DNA of 41,042 bases, from assembly GCA_902384675.1 (NCBI GenBank), contig CABMCT010000065.1, forward strand, positions 1 through 41,042, written 5' to 3'. Origin of the DNA: an uncultured archaeon (GTDB lineage: Archaea > EX4484-52 > LFW-46). Numbering within the stretch: position 1 is the first letter of the stretch; each line of letters begins with the position of its first letter. Positions 17,664 to 27,017 of this stretch are shown here, in pieces. The notes under the pieces are model-generated. The model was not told where the DNA came from, ran no database searches, and was given only the letters and a program-made list of their open reading frames with translations. The translations under genes were made by a program, and so were the position numbers.

Positions 17664-19859
17664 ATGGCACGAGCAAGTTTTATTGACGACCTAAAAACGA
17701 TTATCAAGGATGCAAAGAACATCAGGAATATCGCAATCTGCGCGCACATAGACCACGGAAAGACCACGCTTTCTGACAATCTTCTGTCAGGGGCAGGCCT
17801 GATTTCAAGCGAGCTGGCAGGAAAGCAGCAGTTCATGGACTTTGACAAGCAGGAGCAGGAAAGAGGCATCACGATTTACGCTGCAAACGTTTCTATGATT
17901 CACACGGTTGACGGCAAGGACTATGCAATCAACCTCATCGACACTCCGGGCCATGTTGACTTCGGAGGAGACGTGACCCGCGCAATGAGAGCAGTAGACG
18001 GCTGCGTTGTCGTTGTCTGTGCTGTCGAGGGCGCAATGCCGCAGACAGAAACAGTGCTTCGCCAGGCATTAAAAGAGCAGGTAAAGCCGATTCTTTTCAT
18101 AAACAAGGTCGACAGGCTGATAAAAGAGCTCAAGCTTTCTCCTGAAGAAGTGCAGCAGAGGCTTGCAAAGCACATTGCTGCAGTAAACACGCTTATCAAG
18201 AAATACGCGCCTCTTGAGCGACAGGCAGACTGGATGGTTGACGTAAATTCAGGAAAAGTAGTTTTCGGTTCTGCATACCACAACTGGGCAATTTCAGTGC
18301 CGTTCATGAAAAAATCAGGCGTCACATTCAAGGATATTTTTGATGCAGTAAATGGCGGAACGGAAAAAGAGTTTGCAAAGAAAGCAAAAGCATACGAAGT
18401 TCTTCTTGACGCTGTCATACACCACCTTCCAAGCCCATACGAAGCCCAGAGATACAGGATTAAGAAAATATGGACCGGCGACCCTGAAAGCCCGGAGGGA
18501 AAATCCATGGGTAACTGCGACCCGAACGGACCTGTTGTGGGCGTTATTACAAATGTAAATGTCGACCTCCATGCAGGAAGCATATGCACCGTAAGGCTTT
18601 TCTCAGGAACAGTAAAAGAGGGGCAGGCAGTATATCTTGTCAGCCAGGAATCCGAGGAAAGGGTGCAGCAGGTAGGGGTTTATGCAGGCCCGAGAAGAAT
18701 ACAATTAGGAGAGATTTCCTGCGGAAATATAATCGCAATATCCGGATTGTCAAAGGCATTCTCCGGGGAAACAGTCTGCTCCACTGAGATAAAGACTGCA
18801 CCTTTTGAGAGCATAAAGCACATATTCGAGCCGGTTGTCACAAAGTCCATCGAGGTAAAGGATGTAAAGAACCTGCCTAAAATGATAGAACTTTTGCGCC
18901 AGCGCTCAAGGGAAGACCCGACAATCGCAATAAAGATTTCCGAAAGCACAGGAGAGACTCTTGTGTCAGCGCTCGGGGAACTGCACATAGACGCCAAAGT
19001 CGAAAGATTCTTGCGCGACCGCGGGATAGACATAATTGTCTCAAAGCCTATTGTCATCTATAAAGAAAGCATTTTCAACAGCTCAGGCGAGTACGAGGGC
19101 AAATCGCCGAACAAGCACAACAAATTCTATGTAACCGTGAGCCCGATGCCTGAAAGCGTAAGGGATGCGATGAACGCAGGGCTCATCGAGGAAGGAAAAG
19201 TCCGAAAGCAGGACGTCAAATCAACTGTCGAGGAGCTTGTTGCTGCGGGAATGGACCGTGACGAAGCGAAAAAGGTCATTGACCTTTACAAGGGAAACAT
19301 TCTTCTGAACGACACAAAGGGTATTGTGCAGCTTAACGAAGTAATCGAGCTCGTTGTGCAGTCGTTCCACGAAATCTGCGACCAGGGACCGCTGGCAGGA
19401 GAGCCGGTAATGGGATTGATAATACACCTCACAGATGCAAAACTTCACGAGGACGCAATTCACCGAGGTCCTGCACAGGTGCTTCCTGCGGTCAAAGGCG
19501 CGATAAAGAACGCAATGGTTGATGCAAAGGCAGCACTTCTTGAACCAAAGCAAATTCTTCGTGTAGACTCACCCATAGAGAGAATCGGGGATGTAATGAA
19601 AGAAATCCAGAACAGGAGAGGCCAGATTCTTGAAATGGTCGAGGAGTCAGGCATGACTGTTGTCAAATGCAAGCTTCCTGTGGCAGAGATGTTCGGGTTT
19701 GAAAGCTCGCTAAAATCCGCAACAGGAGGACGAGGATTCCAGTCCCTGATTGACATAACCTACGAGAAATTGCCAAACGAATTCCAGGACAGGACGATTC
19801 TTGCAATCAGGAAGAGAAAGGGGATGAAAGAAGAGTTGCCGAGAATCGAAGTTGATTAA
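17664..19859 (+). CDS. fusA: Archaeal elongation factor 2
   Basis: AHIDHGKTT, RGITI, DTPGH, NKVD; diphthamide loop LHEDAIHRGPAQV. Confidence 0.98.
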   Translation: MARASFIDDLKTIIKDAKNIRNIAICAHIDHGKTTLSDNLLSGAGLISSELAGKQQFMDFDKQEQERGITIYAANVSMIHTVDGKDYAINLIDTPGHVDFGGDVTRAMRAVDGCVVVVCAVEGAMPQTETVLRQALKEQVKPILFINKVDRLIKELKLSPEEVQQRLAKHIAAVNTLIKKYAPLERQADWMVDVNSGKVVFGSAYHNWAISVPFMKKSGVTFKDIFDAVNGGTEKEFAKKAKAYEVLLDAVIHHLPSPYEAQRYRIKKIWTGDPESPEGKSMGNCDPNGPVVGVITNVNVDLHAGSICTVRLFSGTVKEGQAVYLVSQESEERVQQVGVYAGPRRIQLGEISCGNIIAISGLSKAFSGETVCSTEIKTAPFESIKHIFEPVVTKSIEVKDVKNLPKMIELLRQRSREDPTIAIKISESTGETLVSALGELHIDAKVERFLRDRGIDIIVSKPIVIYKESIFNSSGEYEGKSPNKHNKFYVTVSPMPESVRDAMNAGLIEEGKVRKQDVKSTVEELVAAGMDRDEAKKVIDLYKGNILLNDTKGIVQLNEVIELVVQSFHEICDQGPLAGEPVMGLIIHLTDAKLHEDAIHRGPAQVLPAVKGAIKNAMVDAKAALLEPKQILRVDSPIERIGDVMKEIQNRRGQILEMVEESGMTVVKCKLPVAEMFGFESSLKSATGGRGFQSLIDITYEKLPNEFQDRTILAIRKRKGMKEELPRIEVD

Positions 19860-19864
19860 ATCTG

Positions 19865-20470
19865 CTAAGCCTGCGGTGCCAACAGCTTAATTAACGTTAT
19901 ATTGAAAAGCTCTAGATCATAAGAGGGTCCCTCAGCCTCGAGAGGTTTTCTTGAGACACGCCTGAACTCATGCCGTGTTGATATTGGCGGATATTTCAAT
20001 TCGGCTTTTTTAGTAATAGGCTTCACAAAGTCTATAGTTTTCCATCTGCCGCCGTCATTATATTTTCTTGTTGAAGTCGTTTTGTGAAATCCGAGCTTGT
20101 TTCCCCAGTATTCATAGTTTTTGCCGTCTACAACATCAATCCTTTTAAGACCCTTTTCTTTTGCTATTTCTTCAAGGCGCTTTAAGGCAAAGGTGCCTGA
20201 TTGCTCTTCTTCCCCGATATTCGGTGAAATGACTCCAAGAATAAGCAGGGCGTCGTCATTCAAATCGAACTGACAGCAACCCGAACCTTCAGGCAAAAGA
20301 TATGCCTTTCCATCGACTTCTCCTAAGACATACCGGTCGATCCTGACAACATCCCCACAAAAAAGAAGATCTACGAATTTCCTATATTTGCTATCCTGGC
20401 CAAAAAATGTTCCGAATTCGTACCTTTCTACCAATGGAACGTCGGTTAATCGCACCATACCCGCGTACAT
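19865..20470 (-). CDS. Hypothetical protein with degenerate GNAT-like segment
   Basis: QSGTFALKRLEEIAKEKGLKRIDV...YWGNKLGF resembles GNAT motifs A and B. Confidence 0.45.
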   Translation of the reverse strand: MYAGMVRLTDVPLVERYEFGTFFGQDSKYRKFVDLLFCGDVVRIDRYVLGEVDGKAYLLPEGSGCCQFDLNDDALLILGVISPNIGEEEQSGTFALKRLEEIAKEKGLKRIDVVDGKNYEYWGNKLGFHKTTSTRKYNDGGRWKTIDFVKPITKKAELKYPPISTRHEFRRVSRKPLEAEGPSYDLELFNITLIKLLAPQA

Positions 20471-20493
20471 AGATGGTAAACCGTAGGAAACAT

Positions 20494-20877
20494 TTAAATT
20501 TTCGACTTAATCTCCGCAAGGCTGTAAGAGCGCCTGTTTCTGACAAAATCATGCACTTCAACAGAAATTCTTTTCATAAACAGCGCTGCAATTCCCCAGA
20601 GAAACGGGAGCCAGTACGGAACTCTCATTATGTTCGGAAATGCATACGTCCAGGCCCCGAATCCAATCGCGAATGATTCTGCAAGCGCTCCGGTAATGCC
20701 GCATATAAAGTAAGTAAGAATATCCTCCCTGCTTCTCCAGACCAACAGCATTAGGGCACTGACAATTGCCAGGATTCCTGCAAGAAGCGCCGGCTCGTTC
20801 CAGAGCATCGAAACAGACAACAGCGAGATTACTGCAAGAAGACAGCTATAAAGAAATGCTCTAAGCAGTCGTTTCAT
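20494..20877 (-). CDS. Small integral membrane protein (DUF2878-like)
   Basis: Four hydrophobic segments; E..AI.FGAWTY...VPYWLPFLWG. Confidence 0.6.
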   Translation of the reverse strand: MKRLLRAFLYSCLLAVISLLSVSMLWNEPALLAGILAIVSALMLLVWRSREDILTYFICGITGALAESFAIGFGAWTYAFPNIMRVPYWLPFLWGIAALFMKRISVEVHDFVRNRRSYSLAEIKSKI

Positions 20878-20975
20878 ATAAGCTCTATATTGTGTTACAT
20901 GAAAATATATGTTTTAAGCTCTCACTGATTCCCGGCCCTTAAATCAAGTGAGACGTTTCCAAGGGTATGTCACCC

Positions 20976-21983
20976 TCACGCCCCGCATCCTGTATGCGGT
21001 GCTTCATCCACCGGGGTCTGCTCGGTTCCGAGCTGCTCTGAGCATTCTTTTGGCGGATTGTTGAACGTCGAGCAGATTGCAGTCAGGAAACTTTCAGGCG
21101 TTCTCTGGCCGCGATAGTTCTGCGAGTTGATTATTACTGTCGGCGAGCTTCCAACGCCCATCTTGTTGCCAAGCGCTATATTTCTGGCAAGAAGACCTTC
21201 TCCTTCACTTCCTTCAGAGCATGCTTTTATGAGTTCCGCATTTATATTGTTCTTTGCCGCGCAGGACTGCCAGTCACTTCCCTTGATGTCGGAATTCCTG
21301 CAAATGACATAATCCATATAATTTGCATAAACATTCATTGCGCAGGCCTGCCTCATATCCTCCTGCACTTCGGGCTGCCCGTGAAGCGAAGAGAATGTTC
21401 CGTCATCGTTCCTGTTTGCGATAAACCTAAGCTCAAAAGAGATTTTATTCTTAAGGGCATCAAGAACCGGCTTTATCGCATTTTCTGCCTGTATGCCGTA
21501 CGGGCACTGGCTCATTACAAAAAGCTGGACTTTCGGGACATCGGTTTTATTCAGCTTAGGCGCTTCCTCCTGCTTTGCCTTTGCCTCACTTACCTGCTTT
21601 TTGGCATTTTCGACGTCAATTGCCTGTGTAAAAAGAATGGCGCCGTCTTTTGTGGCGTAAGAAACGGCAGCGGGCTTTCCGTCAACAATAACAGAAAATT
21701 TATAGAGCCCTTTCTCTTCGGTGATATTTTCGATGCTTACCTGTACAGCGCCCTGTAATAAAGTATCCTGTATAAATGCCTGCATTTTGGCGGAAACCTC
21801 GTCTTTTCCCGTATCTGATGGCGATGATTTAGATGAACCGGAAAATGCAGAAATCAGAAGAAGAATACCAAGAATCGCCGAAATTGCTGGCCAGAAATAG
21901 CTCTTCTTCTCTTTGTTTCCAGAAGTATCCTGCCCGGATTTATCCGCCTCTTCTTTCTTTACAATCTCCTTTTTGTTTTTCAT
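20976..21983 (-). CDS. Membrane-anchored thioredoxin-fold (DsbA/GILT-like) protein
   Basis: N-terminal TM; LFVMSQCPYG, SLHGQPEV, GVGSSPTVIIN (cis-Pro loop); several additional Cys. Confidence 0.8.
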   Translation of the reverse strand: MKNKKEIVKKEEADKSGQDTSGNKEKKSYFWPAISAILGILLLISAFSGSSKSSPSDTGKDEVSAKMQAFIQDTLLQGAVQVSIENITEEKGLYKFSVIVDGKPAAVSYATKDGAILFTQAIDVENAKKQVSEAKAKQEEAPKLNKTDVPKVQLFVMSQCPYGIQAENAIKPVLDALKNKISFELRFIANRNDDGTFSSLHGQPEVQEDMRQACAMNVYANYMDYVICRNSDIKGSDWQSCAAKNNINAELIKACSEGSEGEGLLARNIALGNKMGVGSSPTVIINSQNYRGQRTPESFLTAICSTFNNPPKECSEQLGTEQTPVDEAPHTGCGA

Positions 21984-21985
21984 AA

Positions 21986-22042
21986 TTTACAACCATAACT
22001 CTATTTCTTTGGGTTGGAAAGCTTGGCACCAAAGTGCCATGA
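21986..22042 (+). repeat. Single unit plus linker of the modular palindromic repeat
   Basis: TTTACAACC-17 nt-GGTTGGAAA-GC-TTGGCAC CAAA GTGCCAT-GA fills almost the whole intergenic gap. Confidence 0.85.
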
Positions 22043-22426
22043 TCATCGACACGCAGTTTCATTAAGGCAAAGATTGCAATTCTTAAGCAGCGGTATTGCT
22101 TCCCTGTGGAGCTTGCACAGCATCCCTGATTTTCTGATATCGCGGCAGACACTGCACAAAATGCCTGATTCAAACGTGTTTTTTGCCTTTGTAAGCAGTT
22201 TTGCGGCATTCTTTATCGAGCCGAATACAGTTGCATTGCTTTCAAGAAGCTTTGCCTTTTTTCCGCGCAACTCACGCTTGTACTGCGATATTGCCGGCTG
22301 GGTCACTCCCATTTTCTGGGCAGTTTCCGCCTGATTATAATTGAAAGTTTCCATTAATTCCCTGGCAATAAGAGCCCTGACTGTAGGGAAAACTTCCTGT
22401 ACCATAACCTCGCAGAAGGGGCGCAT
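22043..22426 (-). CDS. HTH transcriptional regulator (COG2522-like) with Cys/His cluster
   Basis: PFCEV...PTVRALIAREL...QAETAQKMGVTQPAISQY; CxxC...CxxH...CxxC. Confidence 0.85.
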   Translation of the reverse strand: MRPFCEVMVQEVFPTVRALIARELMETFNYNQAETAQKMGVTQPAISQYKRELRGKKAKLLESNATVFGSIKNAAKLLTKAKNTFESGILCSVCRDIRKSGMLCKLHREAIPLLKNCNLCLNETACR

Positions 22427-22521
22427 AATGCTATATGATTATTACAAATTTATATATTGAGGCGGTATGGACGCTTAACACCTCATGATAATTATTTATT
22501 GACCTTATATCCATATTATTT

Positions 22522-23247
22522 ATGTATTATTTAGAGCTGCTTGCGCCGATTATTGTTTTGCTCAGCGATATCTCTTCAAGCACAACAGGCATAGGAATCG
22601 GAATAATTTCCACGTCTTATTTTTCCCTGATTTATCCGCCGCGCGATGCTGTTCTGCTTGGGCTGTATGTGTTCACGATTTCCAACATTTTTATACTAGT
22701 CCAGTTCAGGGAGCATATAGACAAAAAATTCGTAATTAACTTTATTCCGTTTACAATCCCCGGCATTATCCTCGGAACAATAATGCTGAAATATCTGGAG
22801 CCGCGCCTTATAAGATTAATTTTCGGCCTGATTCTGTTATCGATTATCGCCCTGGCAATAAATAAGAAACTCAAAATAAACTTTGCAGAAAGAAAAAGTT
22901 CGATGATAGCCTTTGCTTCTATTATCGGCATCACTTCGGCATTCATGAACGCTTCAAGCCCTTTTATGGTGGCGCTATTGCTTTCATCGGGCTATTCAAA
23001 GAAAGAACTGGTATCAACTGCAACTGCGTGCTATTTTATCAACAACCTGATGAAGCTGGCCGCTTTCAGTTACGTTGGCATCTTTTCCGCTGAAATTATG
23101 AAGCTTAGCCTGTACTTCATTCCCTTTATGGCCGCCGGCATCCTGACAGGAAAATTCCTGATAGAAAAAATCCATGCAGATGCGCTAAGAAAGATAATAT
23201 TCTCGCTGCTCTCTACATTCTCTTTTGGGTCGATATTTGGCTATTGA
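22522..23247 (+). CDS. TauE/SafE (TSUP) family transporter
   Basis: TTGIGIGII, PGIILGT, GILTGKFL; about eight TM segments. Confidence 0.75.
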   Translation: MYYLELLAPIIVLLSDISSSTTGIGIGIISTSYFSLIYPPRDAVLLGLYVFTISNIFILVQFREHIDKKFVINFIPFTIPGIILGTIMLKYLEPRLIRLIFGLILLSIIALAINKKLKINFAERKSSMIAFASIIGITSAFMNASSPFMVALLLSSGYSKKELVSTATACYFINNLMKLAAFSYVGIFSAEIMKLSLYFIPFMAAGILTGKFLIEKIHADALRKIIFSLLSTFSFGSIFGY

Positions 23248-23320
23248 CTGCCGCAACAGGCAATCAGGCATATATAGGCGAGACTCTCAATAATATTGTA
23301 CATCCAGAGGAAGTAGTCCG

Positions 23321-24298
23321 ATGAAAAATAATGGAAACAAATTGTGGGAAAATTCATATGAAAAGTTCCAGAACGTGTGCAGCCCGTTGAGAAACCGGAG
23401 CTTATTTGAGTGGCTAAGTAATGCATATCAGTTTCTGTACCTGTCTTCTGTGGACAAACAATATATACCGACGCTGGTCGACCTTAAGACATCGCTATGT
23501 ATTATTGACGTGGCAATAGACGATGCCTGCGATAATGCCGAAATGATTAAAAAAATGGGCGGGGAAGAATTTACTTACGGGATACTTGGGCTGGCATACA
23601 ACATCGACAAGCTGATGAACGACAGGCACCAGAGGGATTTTAAGATTAGCAACGAATACGGGGCTGAATATTATAGCGTATTGCACGATATCATGGAAAA
23701 TACCATAAGCACATTAAAAACGCTTCCAAGGTTTAACGAATTCAAGCACGAGTTTATAATGGCGATGAGGCGGGTTTGCCATTCAATGGAATTTTCATAC
23801 CTGATAAACAAAGGCGAAAGCGTCTATCCGTCATCGCACATTGTCGAGAACAGATCGGCTTCCACAATGGTAACCGTGCATTCCCTGCTTGATTTAATGG
23901 CTTCCCCTACGGTCAATAAAAAAGACATAGGGAAGATGATTCCGTTATTCCATATGGCGGATACTGTGGCTATGCTTGGGAATACACTGAATACCTGGCC
24001 AAGAGAGATACTGGAAAAAGATTACAGCAGCCCTGTCCTGGCACTGGCTCTGGAAAAAGGCCTTGTTGGATTTGACGAATTCTACAATAGCAAGCCGGAG
24101 GAAATAGAAAAAAAACTGTCTCCTCTTTCGGACATTATCGAGGAGCTGATAGATGCTAAATTAAACGAAATGAGAAGCCATATAAGCAACAATAACATAC
24201 AGTCCTTTGATGCAATAAAGTATGTGGAAAATTACCTGAAGATTAAGGAAGCATTCAAGAACCGCGAAAGATATTGGGAAAAACCCTGCATAGCTTAA
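23321..24298 (+). CDS. Class I terpene synthase / isoprenoid synthase-fold protein
   Basis: IDDACD (DDxxD), ENRSAST Arg, NTLNTWPRE (NSE/DTE-like) and C-terminal RY. Confidence 0.6.
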   Translation: MKNNGNKLWENSYEKFQNVCSPLRNRSLFEWLSNAYQFLYLSSVDKQYIPTLVDLKTSLCIIDVAIDDACDNAEMIKKMGGEEFTYGILGLAYNIDKLMNDRHQRDFKISNEYGAEYYSVLHDIMENTISTLKTLPRFNEFKHEFIMAMRRVCHSMEFSYLINKGESVYPSSHIVENRSASTMVTVHSLLDLMASPTVNKKDIGKMIPLFHMADTVAMLGNTLNTWPREILEKDYSSPVLALALEKGLVGFDEFYNSKPEEIEKKLSPLSDIIEELIDAKLNEMRSHISNNNIQSFDAIKYVENYLKIKEAFKNRERYWEKPCIA

Positions 24299-24861
24299 TG
24301 CAGCTGCTGTTTTACTTCCTTGTCTTTAAAATCGAATTTATTTCTTGGCTTGGTTATAAATTCGCAGTATGCATCGCCCTTGGATAAACATTTGACTTCT
24401 ATACCATCGATATCCTTGCCAAAGAATACGCATGAAGCTCCTGCGAACCAGCCCCTTTGTATATGGCACACCGCGTGCCCTACCTTACCGGAATGCTGCG
24501 CTATTATGCTGTCATACACCCTGTAGACCATAATGGAGTCCTTGGCATTCCACTCTACAACTTTCATTTTTCCAAGCCCCGCAAGAGTAAAAACCTTCTC
24601 TCCCCATTCCGCCTGCTCTTCGATGGTATTCATTTTGTAAGCCTTAAACAGGCCTTTAATCCAGCTTTTTCCCAATTCCTTTGCCGCCGAATAAAGCTCG
24701 ATGGTCTTGCCTGATTCTTCAATTATTTTCTGCATGGAAAAGAGGTTTTCAAACGGGAATATAACTACATTCTGGCCAAGCAGCTTTATGCTCCCTTCTT
24801 CGAATTCGAGCTGCTTATGCAACATTAGTTTTGATACAACTTCAAACATAAAAGAAATCAA
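24295..24861 (-). CDS. V4R domain protein
   Basis: AGLGK...VCHIQRGWFAG...EVKCLSKGDAYCEF. Confidence 0.85.
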   Translation of the reverse strand: MISFMFEVVSKLMLHKQLEFEEGSIKLLGQNVVIFPFENLFSMQKIIEESGKTIELYSAAKELGKSWIKGLFKAYKMNTIEEQAEWGEKVFTLAGLGKMKVVEWNAKDSIMVYRVYDSIIAQHSGKVGHAVCHIQRGWFAGASCVFFGKDIDGIEVKCLSKGDAYCEFITKPRNKFDFKDKEVKQQLH

Positions 24862-24862
24862 C

Positions 24863-25585
24863 TTATGCCTTAAATTTTTCCAACTCGCTTACAACAATGC
24901 CGTTGTCCGTTATTTCCATAGGATAAACTGCCTTTGCATGATTTGTCCTTCGCATTTTCCTTACCTGTACACTGCCGAATCCCTGGCTGCCTATGCCCAT
25001 GAAATAAAGGACAATAACACCATCTGTCACAAACTCCTCAATGCCATATCTTGAAAGCAGCTTGCTGTCCTCCGTGATTTCAGAAGAAATCATGGCTGTG
25101 CAGTTTGTCGCCTTTATTGTCGAAACAAGTGAATAAAGCCCTTTTCGTATCTTGTAATCATCCTTGATATACATGCCAAAAAGGGATGTCGAATCAATGA
25201 CAACGCGCTTGTAATTATTGGTTATTATCAAATCCTTCAGGCGAAGGTTCACATCAGTAAGCTCGAAGGGGTCATACATCTCTATCCTTAATTGGCCGTT
25301 TTTTTCGTATTTCAAAAAATCCCAGCCGAACTGCAATGCATCCGCCTTTATGTCCTCAGCGCTTTCCTCAAGGGTTATGAAGATGCATTTCTCCCCGTTT
25401 TTAAGGCCTTCATTAAGAAACTGGAGCATCAGCGTTGTTTTTCCTGTCCCTGTCCCGCCGGTAACCAATACGCAGGAGCCTTTCAGAAATCCTCCCTGGA
25501 TTATTTTATCGAGTCCAGAAACGCCTGTAGATACGCGGGAATTATCTGGTAAAGGCGATTTTAATTTCGGGACATGTTTAAACAT
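24863..25585 (-). CDS. KaiC/RAD55-like single-domain RecA-superfamily ATPase
   Basis: STGVSGLD, GGTGTGKTT, ITLEE, RVVIDS, KMRRT. Confidence 0.9.
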   Translation of the reverse strand: MFKHVPKLKSPLPDNSRVSTGVSGLDKIIQGGFLKGSCVLVTGGTGTGKTTLMLQFLNEGLKNGEKCIFITLEESAEDIKADALQFGWDFLKYEKNGQLRIEMYDPFELTDVNLRLKDLIITNNYKRVVIDSTSLFGMYIKDDYKIRKGLYSLVSTIKATNCTAMISSEITEDSKLLSRYGIEEFVTDGVIVLYFMGIGSQGFGSVQVRKMRRTNHAKAVYPMEITDNGIVVSELEKFKA

Positions 25586-25690
25586 CTATAATATTTGTCA
25601 AAAGGAGTATATATAAATTACTTAAATCGGGGCTTTGCAAAAACTTGATTTGCTGATTTTAATATGGGCGGCTATTTGTACATCCAATCA

Positions 25691-26389
25691 TTACGGTTTT
25701 GTCCTGATTATCTTATAGTACGTGACATCGCCTTCCTCGTCAACAATCGCCATCAGCGCGGTTGCCCTGATATTGTGCGAAAGCCTGACATAGCGGGACC
25801 ATTCCTGCGGGGTAAGGGTGTGGTTCTCCGGGTAGGCATGAACATTATACTTGGTATGTTCCTTTGTTTCTTTAGTCCCTGCTTTGTATGGATTAACCCC
25901 CCTATCGTAAACGCGGAAGTGCGTGCCGAATTTGAATCCGGATTTCACAATGTATCCCCTGTTTCTTAAGTCGCGGTAAACCGTAAACTTTTGAGGGAAT
26001 TCCTTGTCCACAGCCATGCATTTTTCATAAAATGCTTGCGCAGCAAGCGGCTTTCCTTCGTAATTCACTTTTATATGCCCGCGGTCAAGCAAAAGCATTG
26101 CTTCCTCAAGGCTTAGCTGAAGGTAGCTTACTTTCTCCTCTTCTACCCATTTGCCGAAATATTTCTCGGAATAAATGCGGTTTGCCTCCTCCTTGTTCCA
26201 GACCACAACCTTGTTTTCCAGAAATTCCGCATTTGCAAGGATTTCCCCGGGCTTAAAAAGAGGCTGGATTTCGGGTTTTGATATTTCAATAGTTTCCGGG
26301 TTTTCAGACTCGTTAAGAATTTCATCAGAATCTTCGATTGCTGAATCTAACTGTTCTTTATCATTCTTGTTTTTATGCTTCTTTGACAT
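25691..26389 (-). CDS. endA: tRNA-intron lyase (splicing endonuclease)
   Basis: LSLEEA, VYRDLRNRGYIVKSGFKFGTHFRVY, EH, AIVDEEGDVTYY. Start placed at MSKKH behind GAGG; the upstream ORF extension lies within a repeat unit. Confidence 0.92.
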   Translation of the reverse strand: MSKKHKNKNDKEQLDSAIEDSDEILNESENPETIEISKPEIQPLFKPGEILANAEFLENKVVVWNKEEANRIYSEKYFGKWVEEEKVSYLQLSLEEAMLLLDRGHIKVNYEGKPLAAQAFYEKCMAVDKEFPQKFTVYRDLRNRGYIVKSGFKFGTHFRVYDRGVNPYKAGTKETKEHTKYNVHAYPENHTLTPQEWSRYVRLSHNIRATALMAIVDEEGDVTYYKIIRTKP

Positions 26390-26404
26390 ATTCATCCTCT
26401 TCCA

Positions 26405-26684
26405 GTTTTCACCTAATGCATTTGGCGAATGGCGAAAGGTCATTTTTTACTCAATGCTTTTGAACCCAATGCATTGTATGTAGGGTTCAAAATCATGGAA
26501 CTAACGTTCCAAGCTTTTTCGCCCGGTGCATATTGCAAATGGCGAAAAATCCGTTCGTTCTATTCTCGGCTTGCGAACCCATAGCACTCAGTTAATGGTT
26601 CGAAATCCTTTCGTTCGCCTTGTGAGCCATTGAGTGCTTCACTCAAGGCTCTCCAACCCAAATAAGTTGGCGTATGGTTGTAGA
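26405..26684 (-). repeat. Modular palindromic repeat cluster (5 units) between tRNA-Phe and endA
   Basis: Arm pairs TCTACAACC/GGTTGGAGA, TTTCGAACC/GGTTCGCAA, TTTTTCGCC/GGCGAAAAA, TTTTGAACC/GGTTCAAAA and CCTTTCGCC/GGTGAAAAC, each with a 17-nt spacer. Confidence 0.88.
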
Positions 26685-26880
26685 TGGGGCCGACGTGATT
26701 TGAACACGTGACACCTAGATAACTGAAACACACTAAACAGGTGACTTGCAAAGCAAGTCGCCCCAGTGCTCGAGGTTATGAGGATTTTGAGGAACGAATC
26801 CTCAAAAGCTTGAAAATCTCCAAGGATTTTCATGAACCTCGTCTTCAGTCTAGCGCTCTCCCGGGCTGAGCTACGGCCCC
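26685..26880 (-). tRNA. tRNA-Phe(GAA) with 122-nt intron at position 37/38 (intron 26721-26842)
   Basis: Acceptor GGGGCCG/CGGCCCC; anticodon stem CTAGA/TCTAG; CT-GAA-G; T arm ACGTG TTCAAAT CACGT; intron TCAG pairs with CTGA (BHB central helix). Confidence 0.93.
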
Positions 26881-26898
26881 ATATTAAAACTTTGAATC

Positions 26899-27017
26899 AT
26901 CGAACCCAAAGCATCAGTTAAAGATTCGAAATCCGTTCGCGACGCCTTGCGAACCATTATACGTGTCGCTCTCGGCCTTTTTGTTTTGCATCGTTTTATG
27001 TGTGGCAAAACAAAAAG
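26899..27017 (-). repeat. Modular palindromic repeat cluster between tRNA-Asn and tRNA-Phe
   Basis: 13-bp hairpin CTTTTTGTTTTGC/GCAAAACAAAAAG, then GCCGAGA-GCGACAC..GCGTCGC-GAACGGA linker, then a TTTCGAATC/GGTTCGATG unit. Confidence 0.85.

Noticed and set aside
19440-19480. Diphthamide-less EF-2 paralogue
   Set aside because: The canonical HRG motif is present.
24863-25585. Circadian clock KaiC
   Set aside because: Single domain, lacks the adjacent Ser-Thr phosphorylation pair, and no kaiA/kaiB nearby.
26405-26684. CRISPR array interpretation of the periodic repeats
   Set aside because: The arms vary while keeping complementarity, the spacers recur between loci, and no cas genes are in the window.
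26560-26833. Short ORFs overlapping tRNAs and repeats (also 17399-17650, 31624-32087, 33385-33714) that resemble each other
   Set aside because: The similarity comes from the DNA repeat; frames and strands are inconsistent and most overlap tRNA genes.
26721-26842. Intron-encoded C/D box guide RNA as in euryarchaeal tRNA-Trp
   Set aside because: No RUGAUGA/CUGA box set on the transcribed strand.
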